Shown here one piece after another: positions 1 through 13,049 of a DNA stretch of 64,000 nt; position 1 is the first letter of the stretch; every line of letters begins with the position of its first letter. This stretch comes from Felis catus. Taxonomy: Eukaryota. The position numbers and the translations under genes are program-made. The DNA is taken from NCBI RefSeq assembly GCF_018350175.1, contig NC_058368.1, forward strand, positions 153,266,001-153,330,000, written 5' to 3'. The notes below the pieces were generated by a model, which saw only the letters and a program-made list of their open reading frames with translations, ran no database searches and was not told the origin of the DNA.

Positions 1-294
1 CTCCATCTAAGTAGCTAAATGCAGTAGAGATTTATTTCTTGCCTCAGTGAAGTCCAAAAGAGACATTTCTGATTGTCAGGTGACTCTACTCCAAGCACAA
101 GTTGGGGTCTCAAGTTCCATCTGGTGGTTCAGCCAGTTTCAGTAAATGTTTACTTTGTAAAGGGAAAGAGGGCACCTGGGTAGCTCAGTTGGTTAGGCTT
201 CTGATTTCAGCTCAAGACAAGATCTCATGGTTTGTGGGTTTGAGCCCCGTGTCCGTTTCTGTGCTGACAGCTCAGGGCCTGGAGCCTGCTTCAG

Positions 295-334
<40 letters not shown>

Positions 335-620
335 TGCCCTTTCCCCACTGGTGCTCTGTTTGTCTCTCTCTCTCTCTCCCTCTCTCAAAAATAAATAAAC
401 ATTAAAAAAAAGAAGAAGAAAGAAAAAGGGGAAGGAAGTGTGGCAGATCGGGTCTGCTACTGTCATATAGGACTTATGCCCTACTCCCTTAAGCCATGGG
501 GCTCAGACACGGGGCCACACCTAAATAGAGAGGCTGGGAAAGTGGTCTAGGTCTGTATCTGGGCAAAGAGCAAATGACTTGGTGAGCTGAGCAGTCAGCT
601 AGTCTCTGCTAGAGCTGGAC
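1..620. mobile_element. Degraded MaLR (MLT1-type) LTR remnant interrupted by a CAN-SINE
   Basis: Motifs 'gagatttatttcttg' and 'ggggccacacctaaatagagaggctgggaaagtggtctag' resemble old MLT1 LTRs (from memory). Confidence 0.5.
170..428 (+). mobile_element. CAN-SINE (SINEC)
   Basis: gggcacctgggtagctcagttggtt head, (CT)n tract, aataaa and A-rich tail. Confidence 0.95.
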
Positions 621-1202
621 ACTGCCTGTATCTAACACCAGTGCTGCTCATAGTCCTGAACCGTAGTTGTTGAAGGAATGAGTAAATGAAAGATAATAGA
701 TCTTTAAATTCTCAGCACTGAGCAGACTATTCCAATAATCCATAAAATAGCCCCTAGAGGATCTAGGGAGATTCAGAGAGGGACCAGAAGGGATTCTTAA
801 GGAATTGAAAATGAGGTCTCTGTGGAACAATTAAATGTTTTGGATTGCTCTTCATGAAATAAAATAGCCTAAGAAAAAAGTTATCATACTCTTAAAAGTT
901 AGCAAAGGCTAACGAAAGTACTCCAGATATTATGCTTATTTCTACCACCAAGCTTTGTTGATTGGTTGTTAAAGGGTTTTGTGAGGTATAACTAGGGTTT
1001 CTAACAAGAAACAGTGCCTATCGTGATTGTTAAAAAATTTGTAGGTTGTAGGAGATTTGCAAAAGGAGGTCATGATAGGTAAATCTTAAGTAATACCTTA
1101 TCTATGGATCTTTGGAAATGCCAGGTGGGGAGATATTTATCTTTTTTTTTTATAATTGTAGAAATTAAAGTTAACTTTTCAGATTAAAAAATAAAATCTG
1201 AA

Positions 1203-1428
1203 GGGTGCCTGGGTGGCTCATTCGGTTAAGTGTCCGTCTTCAGCTCAGCTCATGATCTCAATGGTTGGTGAGTTTGAGCCCTGCATCGGGCTCTGTGCTG
1301 GCAGCTCAGAGCCTGGAGCCTTCTTTGGATTCTGTCTCCCTCTCTCTCTGCCCCTCCCCCACTCACACTCTGTCTCTCTCTCTCTCTCTCTCAAAAATAA
1401 ATAAACAAAAAAATTTTTTTAAAAAATA
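1203..1428 (+). mobile_element. CAN-SINE
   Basis: tRNA-derived head, (CT)n, aaaaataaataaac tail. Confidence 0.95.
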
Positions 1429-1706
1429 AAATCAAATCTGAAATAGGAATTTACCCTCTTGATGCTATTCAAAAATTACTTTTTCTGATTACTTTTACTG
1501 TGTATAATAAAAGATGAGAAAAGTTAGGCATTATGAATTAGGGTGGAATTTCTATAGGATTCTCCTTATCAGTTCGTTCTCAGTTATGAGAGAGTTAGAA
1601 GAAAAAGTGTTTGACACCTTTGTTGGTTTAAAGTTCTGAGGTGGAGGTTTTAGTCCTAGAAAATGTCTTTCTCTAAGCTCATGGTCAGAGCATGGGCAGA
1701 AGCACC

Positions 1707-1896
1707 TTTTTTTTTTTTTTTTTTTAAATTAGAGAGTGCACACACACCAGCTGCGGCAGTGGGAGAGAAACAGAAAGAATCCTAATCAGGCTCAGCACAG
1801 AGCCCAGTGTGGGTCTCTATCCCATAGCCATGGGATCATGACCGGAGCCAAAATCAAGACTCGGACCCTCAGCCAATTGAGCCACCCAGGCACCCC
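1707..1896 (-). mobile_element. CAN-SINE (older/short type)
   Basis: Poly-T, then reverse-complement body ending gccacccaggcacccc. Confidence 0.9.
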
Positions 1897-1924
1897 AAAT
1901 ATTTCCCCTATTTAAAGAAATTCT

Positions 1925-2155
1925 GGGGTGCCTGGGTGGTTTCCTCAGTTAAGCATCTGACTCTTGATTTCAGCTCAGATCATGATCTCGCGGTTTGTGA
2001 GTTCCAGCCCTTTGTTGGGCTCTGTGCTGGCAGCATGGAGCCTGCTTGGGATTCTGTCGCCCTCTCTCCCTCTGTCCTTCCCAGCTTGCTCTCTATCTCT
2101 CTTTCAGAATAAATAAAAGTAAACTTAAAAAGAGTTCTTAATAAAAAGGAAAAGA
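1925..2155 (+). mobile_element. CAN-SINE
   Basis: ggggtgcctgggtgg head; TSD aaagaaattct at 1914-1924 and 2151-2161. Confidence 0.93.
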
Positions 2156-2229
2156 AATTCTTACCTTATAATAAGGTGGTGGGCAGAATATTAGGGGTGA
2201 GGTGAAGAGTACTTAATATTAGCCTCAGG

Positions 2230-2900
2230 TACACGTAGATCATTCACTCAATGTATTCAATCACCTGTGGAAAATTCCATGCTCATTACGGGGGTTATAT
2301 TATGTTCTATTATATTGACTATTATATAGGATATATATAGAATATTATATATATAATAGAGAATAAGATAGATACAATCCCTCCCTTCCTGGAGCCTAAA
2401 TTATAGCAGGAGAGACAGATATGAAACGACTAAATCCTTGTGTGGTTGAAATTGTGATAAATGCTAGGAAGAAGTACAGAAAACTGAAGGAGTATAATCA
2501 AGGGAGGCTGTCTTGGTTTGGGGGGAATCAGGGAAAATCTTTCAAATGCCATTGAGTAGAGCACTGGAGGATGATGAGCTGAGAGAAAGCTGGGGCAGGG
2601 GGTGAGCAGAGTAAGGTCTGTTTCCGGCAGAGGAATTTCTTTGCTCAGAGACCCAGAGAAAACCAGTATAGCTGGATACTGGCTAGGAGAGGTAGGCTGG
2701 GTCCATGATAAGATTTTAGGCTTTATCTTTATAGCAGTGGCTGAACACAGAAGGGATTCAAACAGGGAAGTTAATTGATTTTGTTTGTATTTTATATCTT
2801 AGCCCATTCTGGCTGCACCTAGGAGAATGGTTTGGAGGGGCAAGTTGCTGGGGAGACAAGACCTTTCACATTGGCTCACAGTAAACCATGATGGAGGCTT
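2230..2900. mobile_element. LINE-2 3' remnant
   Basis: 'cattcactcaatgtattc', 'ccttcctggagcctaaattatagcaggagagacag' and 'gattttaggctttatct' are L2-like. Confidence 0.6.
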
Positions 2901-3084
2901 GACCGGAGCATGCAGGGGGCATAGCAAACAACGGCGGGGCTCACAGATTCCTTCTGAATTCCGGAAATTTCTTACTTTCCTATGAAATCGGCTATGGGTT
3001 CTAAAGGATATTTGCTATGTTTTACTAGTGTTTTTGTTTTTAGAGCACTTAGATCACAAGTCTACTTAAAAGTCTTCACTTTTT

Positions 3085-3297
3085 GGGGCACCTGGGTGGC
3101 TCAGTCGGTTAAGTGACCAACTTTGACTCAGGTCATGATCTCACAGTACGTGAGTTTGAGCCCTGCGTTCGGCTCTGTGCTGACAGCTCAGAGCCTAGAG
3201 CCTGCTTCAGATTCTGTGTCTCCCCCTTTCTCTGCCTCTCCCCCCCCCCCCCCCGCTTGCACTTTGTCTCTCTCAAAAACAAATAAACATTAAAAAA
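3085..3297 (+). mobile_element. CAN-SINE
   Basis: Full body; TSD aaaagtcttcacttttt at 3068-3084 and 3298-3314. Confidence 0.97.
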
Positions 3298-3944
3298 AAA
3301 AGTCTTCACTTTTTATGGTTTTGTTTGAAGAAAGGATTTCACGTTTAATAAATGTGAGAAAATTGAGACCTAGGGAAATTGTAATTTCCCTCAGATTCCT
3401 CTAGCTATCCAGTGAGCAGTAGAGCTGAGGTAGCATCCAAGTTGTTTACTCTGTCAGTTCACATTAAGCTACATCTCTCCTGTTCTCATACGATAGTGGG
3501 GGGCAGGGGGAAACCAGCCAACTTCCTTTCAAGGCAAATATGGTGTCTGCCTTGGTCAGGTGAGCTGTCAGCGACTCAGCCCACAGCTTCAGAAAAATAA
3601 CCCAAGCCTAAACTGGAGCGTTTTTCTCTCAGCCCTCACAGCATAGTGAGGACTTTGACGATAGTCATAACTCTTATGTATGGCCTTTTATATTTTAAGT
3701 TTGTAACAAATCTAGACCTCATCTGCAATGCTTTCTCAGTTCAGTGAAGAGCATCTAATTTTTAAAGGCCAAGCTATAGTGCAACTGAAGCTGATGGAAC
3801 AGAGAAGTGTTTCATCAAGTCAAACGTTACGTAAGATTAAATTGCAAAGAGAGTAATAAACATTTTTATGTTACATGTAAATACTGTCAAGTCAGCTTGA
3901 AGCTGCTTCTTAAAATTTAGTGTGCTTAAAAAATGTGCTGTTTT

Positions 3945-4168
3945 GGGGCGCCTGGGTGGCGCAGTCGGTTAAGCGTCCGACTTCAGCCAGGTCACGATCT
4001 CGCGGTCCGTGAGTTCGAGCCCCGCGTCGGGCTCTGGGCTGATGGCTCGGAGCCTGGAGCCTGTTTCCGATTCTGTGTCTCCCTCTCTCTCTGCCCCTCC
4101 CCCATTCATGCTCTGTCTCTCTCTGTCCCAAAAATAAATAAACGTTGAAAAAAAAAAATTTAAAAAAA
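3945..4168 (+). mobile_element. Young felid CAN-SINE (SINEC_Fc-like)
   Basis: CpG-intact ggggcgcctgggtggcgcagtcggttaagcgtccg, diagnostic gggctgatggctc; TSD aaaaatgtgct(g/a)tttt. Confidence 0.97.
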
Positions 4169-4413
4169 AAAAAATGTGCTATTTTAAATAACTATACTCC
4201 ACTTATTGTATTTAGTATCAGGAGTCCTTTCCCTATCCCTGCCCAAGTGGTTCCTAGGAATGCCCTCTGCTCCCTTCCTTAGCATGCTGGCCAGGCATCT
4301 ATTTAGGGCAGGAAAGCCTCAAGACTTGGATAGGACCAGAGGTGAGAAAAGAAAAGGGAGTCCTCTTCCTCTTCAGGAGGGAAGAGACAAGTTTGTTAAA
4401 AATATAAAAGGAT

Positions 4414-4600
4414 GGGCACTTGGGTGGCTCAGTCGACTGAGTGTCTGGCTTCAGCTCAGGTCATGATCTCGTGGTTTGTGAGTTCAAGTTCCACATCAGG
4501 CTCTGTGCTGTCAGCGCAGAATGTGCTAGCATCCTCTGTCCCTCTCTCTGCCCTTCCCCTACTTGCACTTTCTCAAAAATAAATAAACATATAAAAAAAA
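4414..4600 (+). mobile_element. CAN-SINE
   Basis: Head and tail present; TSD-like aaaaata(t/g)aaaagga. Confidence 0.92.
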
Positions 4601-4699
4601 ATAGAAAAGGAAGAGTATCTAAAGATCAAGGAACTGGAGAAAGAGGAAGGCGGTGGGGAGAATGGATGGAGATGGGAGGCAGAAGGCTGCAGAGAGAGT

Positions 4700-5540
4700 A
4701 AGATACATCTCATTATGTCTTTTCTTTCCCCAAACTCTCAGTTGTCTTCTCACTTAGGAACACATTCAGTTTAGCTTAAGTGAAAAAGAGAAGTTTATTG
4801 AAAGGACACAAAAAATATCTAATACAAAACATAGTTGACTACAGGAGGGACTAGCAGATAAAATAGCAAATTGAGGGGCACCTGGGTGGCTCAGTCTGTT
4901 GAGCATCTGACTTTGGCTGAGGTCATGATCTCGTGATTTATGAGTTTGGGCTCCACGTTGGGCTCTCTGCTGTCAGCTTGGAGCCTGAGACTGCTTCAGG
5001 TTCTGTGTCTCCCTCTCTCTCTGCCCCTCTCCTGCTCACGCTCTCTGTCTCTCTCTCTCTCAAAAATAAAGTTAAAAAATGTTTTTAAAGTAGCAAATTG
5101 ACAGGCTCCGAGGAAAATTCTTTCCCTCTGGTTTTCTTGGTTTGCTACTTCTCCCTCCCTCTTTCAATTTTTCTGACTCTCCCTGCCACCCCCAACACAG
5201 AATTCCTCATCTCTTTTCTTGCGGTGGTTTTCATTCTTTTCCGTGCATGCTGGACCTTTGCTTACACATTCTCTTAACAGGACTGGATCTCTGGGGCTCC
5301 TGGAAATCTCTTCATTTCAAATAACACTGCTGTCTCCAGTTGCAAATTCCCAAGTTAAAATGTGTAGTTGGCCTACCTTAGGTTAGGTGTCCTTCAATGG
5401 TTCCACCAGTTTTGGCATAATTGCCAAAGTAACTACTCTTGTTGGATGTGTGGTAAGGTACCAGGTAGTAGAGTGGAAGGATTGTGGGCTGGACAGCTGG
5501 CTTGATACGTGTATACATCCCCTTGCAACCTTGTCCTGAG
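4700..5540. mobile_element. Old ERVL-class LTR remnant (LTR16/LTR33-like) interrupted by a SINE
   Basis: 'tagcttaagtgaaaaagagaagtttattgaaagga' and 'gcaaattcccaag...ttggcctaccttaggttaggtgtcc' motifs. Confidence 0.45.
4875..5089 (+). mobile_element. CAN-SINE
   Basis: TSD tagcaaattga on both sides. Confidence 0.95.
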
Positions 5541-6500
5541 CTTTCAGCCAGTGCCCGCAGTCTCTTGCTCTCATCACAAGAGTTGTCAACCTCTTATGAT
5601 AGAATTTGTCATAGTATTATTTAGATCACTTGCATCAAATGTGTTTACAAAAAAAATGGAGATAGTCTCTTACTCCTATCCCTTACCTATTCCAGGTACC
5701 TTATATATATACTTTGGAGGTGGGCATGAAAACTCACTGGTAATAAGACCCTTTCTCTTGGAAAACATGCTATGAATTTCAAATAACACACATTAACTTC
5801 TAGAATAAATATATTGCAAATAACAATTGTAAAACACTAGTGATAAAAATATATTCTTCTTTGAACATTAAAAGGATATTCATTTTAAAATTTCAGAAAG
5901 GAAGGAGAAAATAGTATCATGCAAAAATTAATATGTAGAATTTTCCTCTTTATTTGCCCTGCTGTTTTACTTAGTGCATCTGCAGTAACACCAGATCTTT
6001 AAGGAACCCAGGAAATCTGCCGTAGTTCAATCATATTTCTGCCTCTTCCATATCTATCTTGATCATTCTGTATTTTGAGTTGATTTTCTCTTCAACTCTG
6101 GTGGTATCCAGATACTCTTAACATCCCTATGTCATTACAACTATGCACTGGATCTTATCATCAAATGCCACTGTTTCCCTGTGAAAGTTATCCACGACAA
6201 CACTGAGGCTAATCCTTACCAACTGCCTGATCATTAATACACATTTATCTCAGACTGGATCCTCTCCCTACCTATTTCTGTGAGCTTGTGTTTTTCAAAT
6301 TTGAATACATATATCCCTGGGGACACACAATTTTATATCAGGAGCTGTTAAGATAAAGGTAATATTTTTTTACTGCAATGTTTATTTAGCTGAAGATTTA
6401 ATAACTGGAATGCAACCTAAAATATTATTTTGTCTTAAACACGGATATGTTTAAAGAGAAAGATTTAAAAAAAACCACACACACAAAAGACTTCACATTA

Positions 6501-6952
6501 AGCGTGCCTGGATGGCTCAGTCGGCTAAGCGTCCGACTTGGGCTCTGGTCATGATCTCGCGGTTCTTGGATTTGAGCCCCACGTCGGGCTTGGTGCAGAC
6601 AGCTCAGAGCCTGGAGCCTGCTTTGGATTCTGTGTCTTCCTCTCTTTCTGCCTCTCCCCTGTTCTCTGTCTCTTAAAAATAAATAAATGTTGGCGCGCCT
6701 GGGTGGCGCAGTCGGTTAAGCGTCAGACTTCAGCCAGGTCACGATCTCGCGGTCCGTGAGTTCGAGCCCCGCGTCGTCGGGCTCTGGGCTGATGGCTCAG
6801 AGCCTGGAGCCTGTTTCCGATTCTGTGTCTCCCTCTCTCTCTGCCCCTCCCCCGTTCATGCTCTGTCTCTCTCTGTCCCAAAAATAAATAAACGTTGAAA
6901 AAAAATTTTTTTAAAAATAAATAAATGTTAAAAAAACTTTTTTATAAAAAAA
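6501..6952 (+). mobile_element. Older CAN-SINE whose tail hosts a younger SINE
   Basis: Body 6501-6690, tail resumes after 6913; flanking ttcacatt repeat. Confidence 0.9.
6692..6912 (+). mobile_element. Young felid CAN-SINE nested in a SINE tail
   Basis: TSD aaaaataaataaatgtt at 6675-6691 and 6913-6929. Confidence 0.95.
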
Positions 6953-7848
6953 TTCACATTTAATTTTAAGACCAAAGGTGAGGCTTCAAACTATTTGTGC
7001 TGTGTTCCCCAAGCTCTCAGTTTGGGGTGCATATTTATGTTTATGATATGTTATTAATTTAGCTGATATCCTTGAAACATATATTCAATGAAAATACCAG
7101 CTTACTCAATGAGAAAGCTTACAGAAAAATACACATCAGTCCCCGCTGTCCTCTCCCTTCTGTGTCTGATTGTTAATGAGCCCCAAGAGTCTCTGGTTTT
7201 CAAGGGGCTAGGTGGGAGCCAAAAGAAAGCAATTTCATTTTCAAGTAAGTGTATCTTTCAGTAGAACTTCAACAAAGTAAATATCCTCTGGAGCTGGTTT
7301 CATAATAGGTTCCTCTTATGAAGACTGGCTCTAACCAGTTCTTGGGAAATGTGCTTACAGACAGGGATTGCCCAACTGATTTCAGTAGACAAGAAAGTAC
7401 ATAGGGCAACAGGGGTCATGCCAATGAATATATACCCTATACACATCTTTATGAACAGACTAATCCACTAAACAGTGCCACATACTTGTTATCAGGATTT
7501 AGATAATATCCTCCAAAGAGCACAAGGCATTCTTCATAAAAACTTAAAAGTAAACAATGTTGTTCATTCTTTTCCTGCTGGCAGAATGAAAATTACCTCT
7601 GTGGGGGTTGACCATATAGATAGCCAGAGGAGACAGCTGCCCACACTGTTTAATTTGAGGGAAGCCATAAGGTCCTGACTGTTGGAGAATAGTTTCCCTT
7701 TGATTTCTCCGAACTAGCGCTCCCCATATGCCTGGTCTCCATTCCCACCATTAATCCAATGAATTAGACACTAAGTAGAAGAGTTATCTCCCATAAAGTC
7801 ACTCTGAAAGTGTACACTTCTGTGATCTGTAAGGGGCATTGTTGTGTT

Positions 7849-7868
7849 CCCCCCCCCCCCCCCCCCCC
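7849..7868. repeat. Poly-C run (~20 C)
   Basis: Directly visible. Confidence 0.95.
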
Positions 7869-9676
7869 AGTTATACAATAATATGTATTTACTCACTGAC
7901 ATAGGTTAATTTACCTGAATTAATTATCAGCTTGGAAAACAAGTACTGGGATTTTGATGACATATGACATAAAGTGGTAATTATTTTAATGAGAGTTGAG
8001 GCATGGGTTTCAAGGGCTATTGCCCAGAATCAGCTGACCTGGTCAGAGCCCAGCAGAGGGCACTCTAGGAAACCAGCACAAGGACACTAGACGCCTAACA
8101 GTAGAGACAGATTTACTAAACCTAAGCTTTTCCCCCCATGTAATTTTTGCTAAGCTAGCCCTTCCTGATCACCACAAAGCAAGTCAGACAACTTCAAGGT
8201 TAACTGGTCCTACGTAGACTGGTCAGGAGGCAGCAATTACTTCTGAATTCTGTAAAGTGCTAAAATAACAATAATCATCATTATCATCATTGTCATCATC
8301 ACCTACACCCCTATGAGCCATATGTAACTTCTCCATTGCCTCTGGTACAATCAGTCATTTGCATTCCTCCTGTGGGTAATATAAAGTTGCTGGCAACCAT
8401 GGAAACCATAAAGATCATTAGAAAGGCACAGAGGGGAATCAGGACTGATGAGCACAGTCACAAGGGTGGTTTATATAACATCCTCACTGGTTGCTCCATA
8501 ATGTAGATTGCTGGAAAGGCCACCAAATTACTTTTCTCTTTGAGACTTGTTTGCTCACATAGCTGTAAGGGCTTTATAGAAATGGACAGATGGAGCCAGA
8601 TTCGTTTTTAGAGAGCCAGAGGATACCCTTTCCATATAGCATTCTAAATTGTTTCTTAAGTATGGAGTTCACTGTAGATTCACAAGGATGATCCCAACAT
8701 AGAACTGAGTGTGTGCTTGCACTAGGCCAAAGAGTAGGAAGTGAGCTTTGAAAAATTATCGAAACAAATGAATAATCCAACTCCAGTTATGTAGAGCAAA
8801 ACAGGAGGATCCAACCTAACTTACGTAGCCAATAACCATTTTCCTTGCCATCCCCTCCCCCCAAATAAAAAATTAACAGTGATCCTATTTTGTGACAAAA
8901 ATAAATATAAAAGTATTAGTCTCTGACAAGAAAAGAGAATAAAGGGATGGTGAAGGCCTAAAATTGTCCCTGTTCTTATTACACCTTTTGTTGTTGATCT
9001 CCCGCCACTATTCTACAAATAGCCTGTGAGTGCAGAGATAGAGTGCTTGGGTTTGGTAAATGCTCCACAAATCCTGATTTAATGAACAAACCCAGTACAA
9101 TCCCTAGGGTTGAAGTGGAATTTGGGATGATAGCCCAATTAGGGGTACCAAGAGAATGTCTGGTCAGGCTGATGGAACTTGGTGCCCTATATGTGTACTT
9201 AGAGGCAACAACTATCAGTGATATGCAGGAAGAAGTTCTGGAATGTGCCAACAGTTAGGTGCATAGGCCCAGAAACAAAAAGTCTAGAAGGGGCAGCTCG
9301 CATAGTATACGTGCATGGAAAAATAAGATCAGGACAATCTATCAGCAGGGAGTAGAATACCAGCATTGGGCTGGTGTCAAGGAAAGGTTATAGTCATTGA
9401 GAAGACATCTTCATGAATGAGGCAGAGGCCAAGCTCTAGAATATAAGGTTATCAAGATAGGATGTTAGATATTTCTAAAATTAGAAGCTTCCAAAGCTAG
9501 GGTAAATGGGAGAGAAGGTTTGGTTTCATTAATAAGACAAGCAATGGTAGCAACCTGGCCACAGGTATCATTGGTCCATTTTATAGATGAGGAAGGTGAG
9601 GCTCAGTGAGAAAAAAAGTCCAAGACCATACAGATAATGTAAGTATCTGATCCAGGTTTAAAAATAAACCCTACCA

Positions 9677-9897
9677 GGGTGCCTGGGTGTCTTAGTCAAT
9701 TAAGCATGTGACTTCAGTTCAGGTCATGATCTGGCGGATCCTAAGTTCGGGCCCTGCATCAGGTTCTGTGCTGACATCTCAGAGCCTGGAACCTGCTTTG
9801 GATTCTGTGCCTTCCTCTCTGTCTGCCTCTCCTCAGCTTGTGTGCTCCCTCTCTCTCAAAACTAAACATTAATAAAAAAAATTTTTTGATAAAAAAG
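9677..9897 (+). mobile_element. CAN-SINE
   Basis: TSD aaaccctacc. Confidence 0.93.
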
Positions 9898-10089
9898 AAA
9901 CCCTACCTATGTCCAAAATTATTCCTTTTTTTTTTTTTTTTTTTCTTGGGCCTGCAACTCTAAAAGATCAGTTTCTGGAACTAGTAAGTCATTCTAGCTT
10001 TGTAACTTGATTGTGACTCCTCGGAGCAGTGGACTAGAACTCCTGTCAGCCCTTAGAGGGTTCCAGACCTGGGGATGGAGCTGAGTCTA

Positions 10090-10270
10090 TAGTAGGGATT
10101 CTTGACCTTGCCTGTGCATTGGAATTATCTTTGTAGTGTTTTAAAAACACTGACACCTGGGTTCCACCACCAGAGTTGATAATTTAATTGATCTGAGGTA
10201 TGGCCTATGCATCAGGATTTCTAAAAAACCTTCCAAGTAATTCATTGAGTGGTCAAGCAGGAAACTACTG
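10090..10270. mobile_element. MER5-type hAT-Charlie MITE
   Basis: 'tgcattggaattatc...acacctgggttccaccaccagag...atttaattgatctg...ccaagtaattc...gaaactactg'. Confidence 0.7.
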
Positions 10271-11263
10271 GCTACAAGCGAAGGTCAAGAGGGTTCAGCT
10301 ATTTGCGGAGGAGAGCTGTAGTGGCCAAACTTCCATGTTTCAGTGCAGTAGGAAAAATACTAGAAGATTCGTGGGCTTATAGGCTTTTTCTTGGATAAGT
10401 GGACCATAACCTACTCTGCTTTTCCAGTTTAACCTCTTAGAAAATATGCCAAAAGTAAACAGGTGTATAATTAACTTTGTAAGTCAAATGGTTCTGTGTT
10501 CTTAGATTCTAAGTGCTAGTTATGTGTGACCAAAGGCAAGGGTTTAGAGCTGGATCTCCCAAATTGCTCATTACTATTCTATGCTTGGTTAAAACTCTTA
10601 CATCATCCCACAATGGAATGTGACCCAAGTAAAGAAGAAAACGAAAACGTTTGCATTGCTTTCATGATTAGTAATGGGATTGTAGAGGTTTTGAGGTGTC
10701 TCAAAACAACTTGTACTTTTCCCAACCTATTTGAGACCTGGTTCATGTTATAGTTACTAACCCTAATGCTCCTGAATGATATAGCAGAGTATCATTTTTT
10801 GGACATGTTAATTTTAGATGTGTAATATGTTTGGACTAAATCCAAATCCTGAGACTCATTTATTATTTAAGGTATGTAGTAAATACAGCAACTACAACAA
10901 AGCTTCTTCCTCCAACTTCGATTATCAGAATTCTTGTCCACAGTTTCCTAACAGAAAACAAACTACAAAACAAGTACACAGTTGTCTAGGGTGACAATAA
11001 ATCCTGGTTTGCCTGGGACAATCCTGGTGTATTCCTGTTGCATAATTACTAATAGAACTCTCTCTCTCAAAAATGTTTCTGGTTGGTTGATGAATTATTT
11101 GGCCACTCAAGGTGCTTTCTCTCTACAGCTACGACAGGGAAAACTCATGATTGAATGGGGTCCCTTTAAAACATTTAGAACACTCCTACAGGTGTTGAGG
11201 AAAATTAAGTCATCAAAATGTCAATTGGCTGATCAACCTTTCTTCTTTAAAAGCAAAATAACA

Positions 11264-11480
11264 GGGGCACCTGGATGGCTCAGTCTGTAAAGCTGCTGAC
11301 TCTTGTTATCGGCTCAGGGTCATGATCTTATGGTTCATGGGATTGAGCCCCACACTGGGCTCTGCCCTGACAGAGAGGAGCCTACTTGAGATTCTCTTTT
11401 TCCCTCTCTCTCTTTGTCCCTCCCTTGCTTGTGCACGGGTGCTCTCTGTCTTTCAAAATAAACATACTTAAAAGGAAAAT
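11264..11480 (+). mobile_element. CAN-SINE
   Basis: Head, body and A-tail present. Confidence 0.92.
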
Positions 11481-12305
11481 AAAGATTTCTAACATATTCT
11501 TCTAATTAACTCCATTAACACAGAAAATCCTATTAAACAAAAGTAACTTGTAAATTCTGCCTCAGGACCTGTGTTCTTATCTTTGCTAGTAACTAATCAG
11601 CAGCCTTGAACACAAAGTCTATTCTGATCTAAGTTTTCTCCTTTGCAAAAAAGAGTGGATTGAGCTAAGTGGTCTCTCTCATCTTTTTGAGTGACAGTTC
11701 TGTGAGTTTAGATTGCTACTTTCTCAAAGCATTTTATTTAACCGACATTTTGCTGATTCTAAAGTTCCACACTGTATTAAGCTAAGCTCACTGATACAAG
11801 ACCAAATCGGTTGAATTTACTTTATTCAGTGATGATTAAATATTTTTAAAGATAGTTTTGATTCTACCAATATTTATTTAATATATACCATCTAGAAAAC
11901 TGTCCATATGGATGCTCTATTAAATTTTTATAGTTACATTTCATGTATTTGGCTATTGTTCACTGTGGCATTATCTATGAAATATTAGGGTTGTTTTGGA
12001 AAATACATAGAGAGTTATTTTAAGCCCTTAAACATCACTTGTTTGAAACCAAGAATCTGCCAGTTATAGGTATATTTTTTAATGACACATGCAAAGTTTT
12101 GTGTGTAAGCTTAAAACAAAATGACTGGATTTATTCATCTCCTTATTCAGTAAGCATGCATTAAATGTCCACTTTGTACCTGGAACTGAGTTAAATTCTC
12201 AGAATACAAAGTCAAATAAAACATAGTCTCTCAAGTAGTTCACAGCTTAGTACATCTGTATCTGTGGGATACCTGGCACATCAGTAACAGGTAGTGGTTC
12301 AAGAC

Positions 12306-12417
12306 TAGGGTGACCAAGTGATATTTTGAAAGTGAAAAGGGACACCATTAGTAATTACACTAGCCCAAAAGGCATAATTTGGGACTGTCGTAGGCAATGC
12401 AATCTGTGATCACTCTA
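12306..12417. mobile_element. hAT-Blackjack MITE (MER81/MER94-like)
   Basis: TIRs tagggtgacca / tgatcactcta; 8-bp TSD ttcaagac (12298-12305) / ttcaggac (12418-12425). Confidence 0.8.
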
Positions 12418-12639
12418 TTCAGGACAAAATACAAAGTGGCCTATTGTATCCAATTACCTCCATATCCAAGGATGGGTATGTTAGCCAAATTGGACTGCTT
12501 AGAACGATGGGTCATAGTTTAAAAACCGGTAGTCTGTATTACATGGTATAATCTTGTTTCCTTGTTTTATTTGTACACCCTCAGAATTCTTTTATAGAAG
12601 CATATTTGTGTGATACCCTAGTCAAAAACGAAAACAAAG

Positions 12640-12840
12640 ATAAGTGAGAAAATGGCTTGAGGAAGAGTCCAAGACAGTGAAGGTTGGGGAAAATGTGTCC
12701 TTTTACACATGGCTGAGGAAACTAGAATCCTGGATGGGAAGCATAATTTGCACCATCTCTGATCTCAAGTACTTGAATGAGCAACATTTTTAAGTAAGAT
12801 GGGGCAAATGCTGTACTCCAGAGAGAACACAGATGGATTC
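12640..12840 (+). mobile_element. CR1/L3 LINE relic
   Basis: 'ggctgaggaaactagaatcc...tctcaagtacttgaatgagcaac...tgtactccagagagaacac' resembles an L3 3' region. Confidence 0.4.
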
Positions 12841-13049
12841 ATGTTTTTACAATACAAGGAAAAAAAAAAACCTTTCAATTTAAGGAAGAATTTTAACACT
12901 TATTGGCAACACAATAGATTGCCAAATGAGAAAGAAAACATATTGACACAAGCAGTGTGCAAGTCAAAGATCGGCAAGTCAGTAGTGTTGGCGAGGAGCT
13001 GGGTACTCCCCATGGTGCTGGGAATTCAAGGTCCTCTGGTGAAGCGGCT

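Noticed and set aside
3945..4030. tRNA-like A/B boxes in SINE heads
   Set aside because: SINE-derived, not tRNA genes
5960..9540. Apparently unique stretches (5960-6260, 7100-8260, 8900-9540) considered as a processed pseudogene or Gypsy-like relic
   Set aside because: The frames I tried gave stops and no recognisable protein; cannot be classified without a database search
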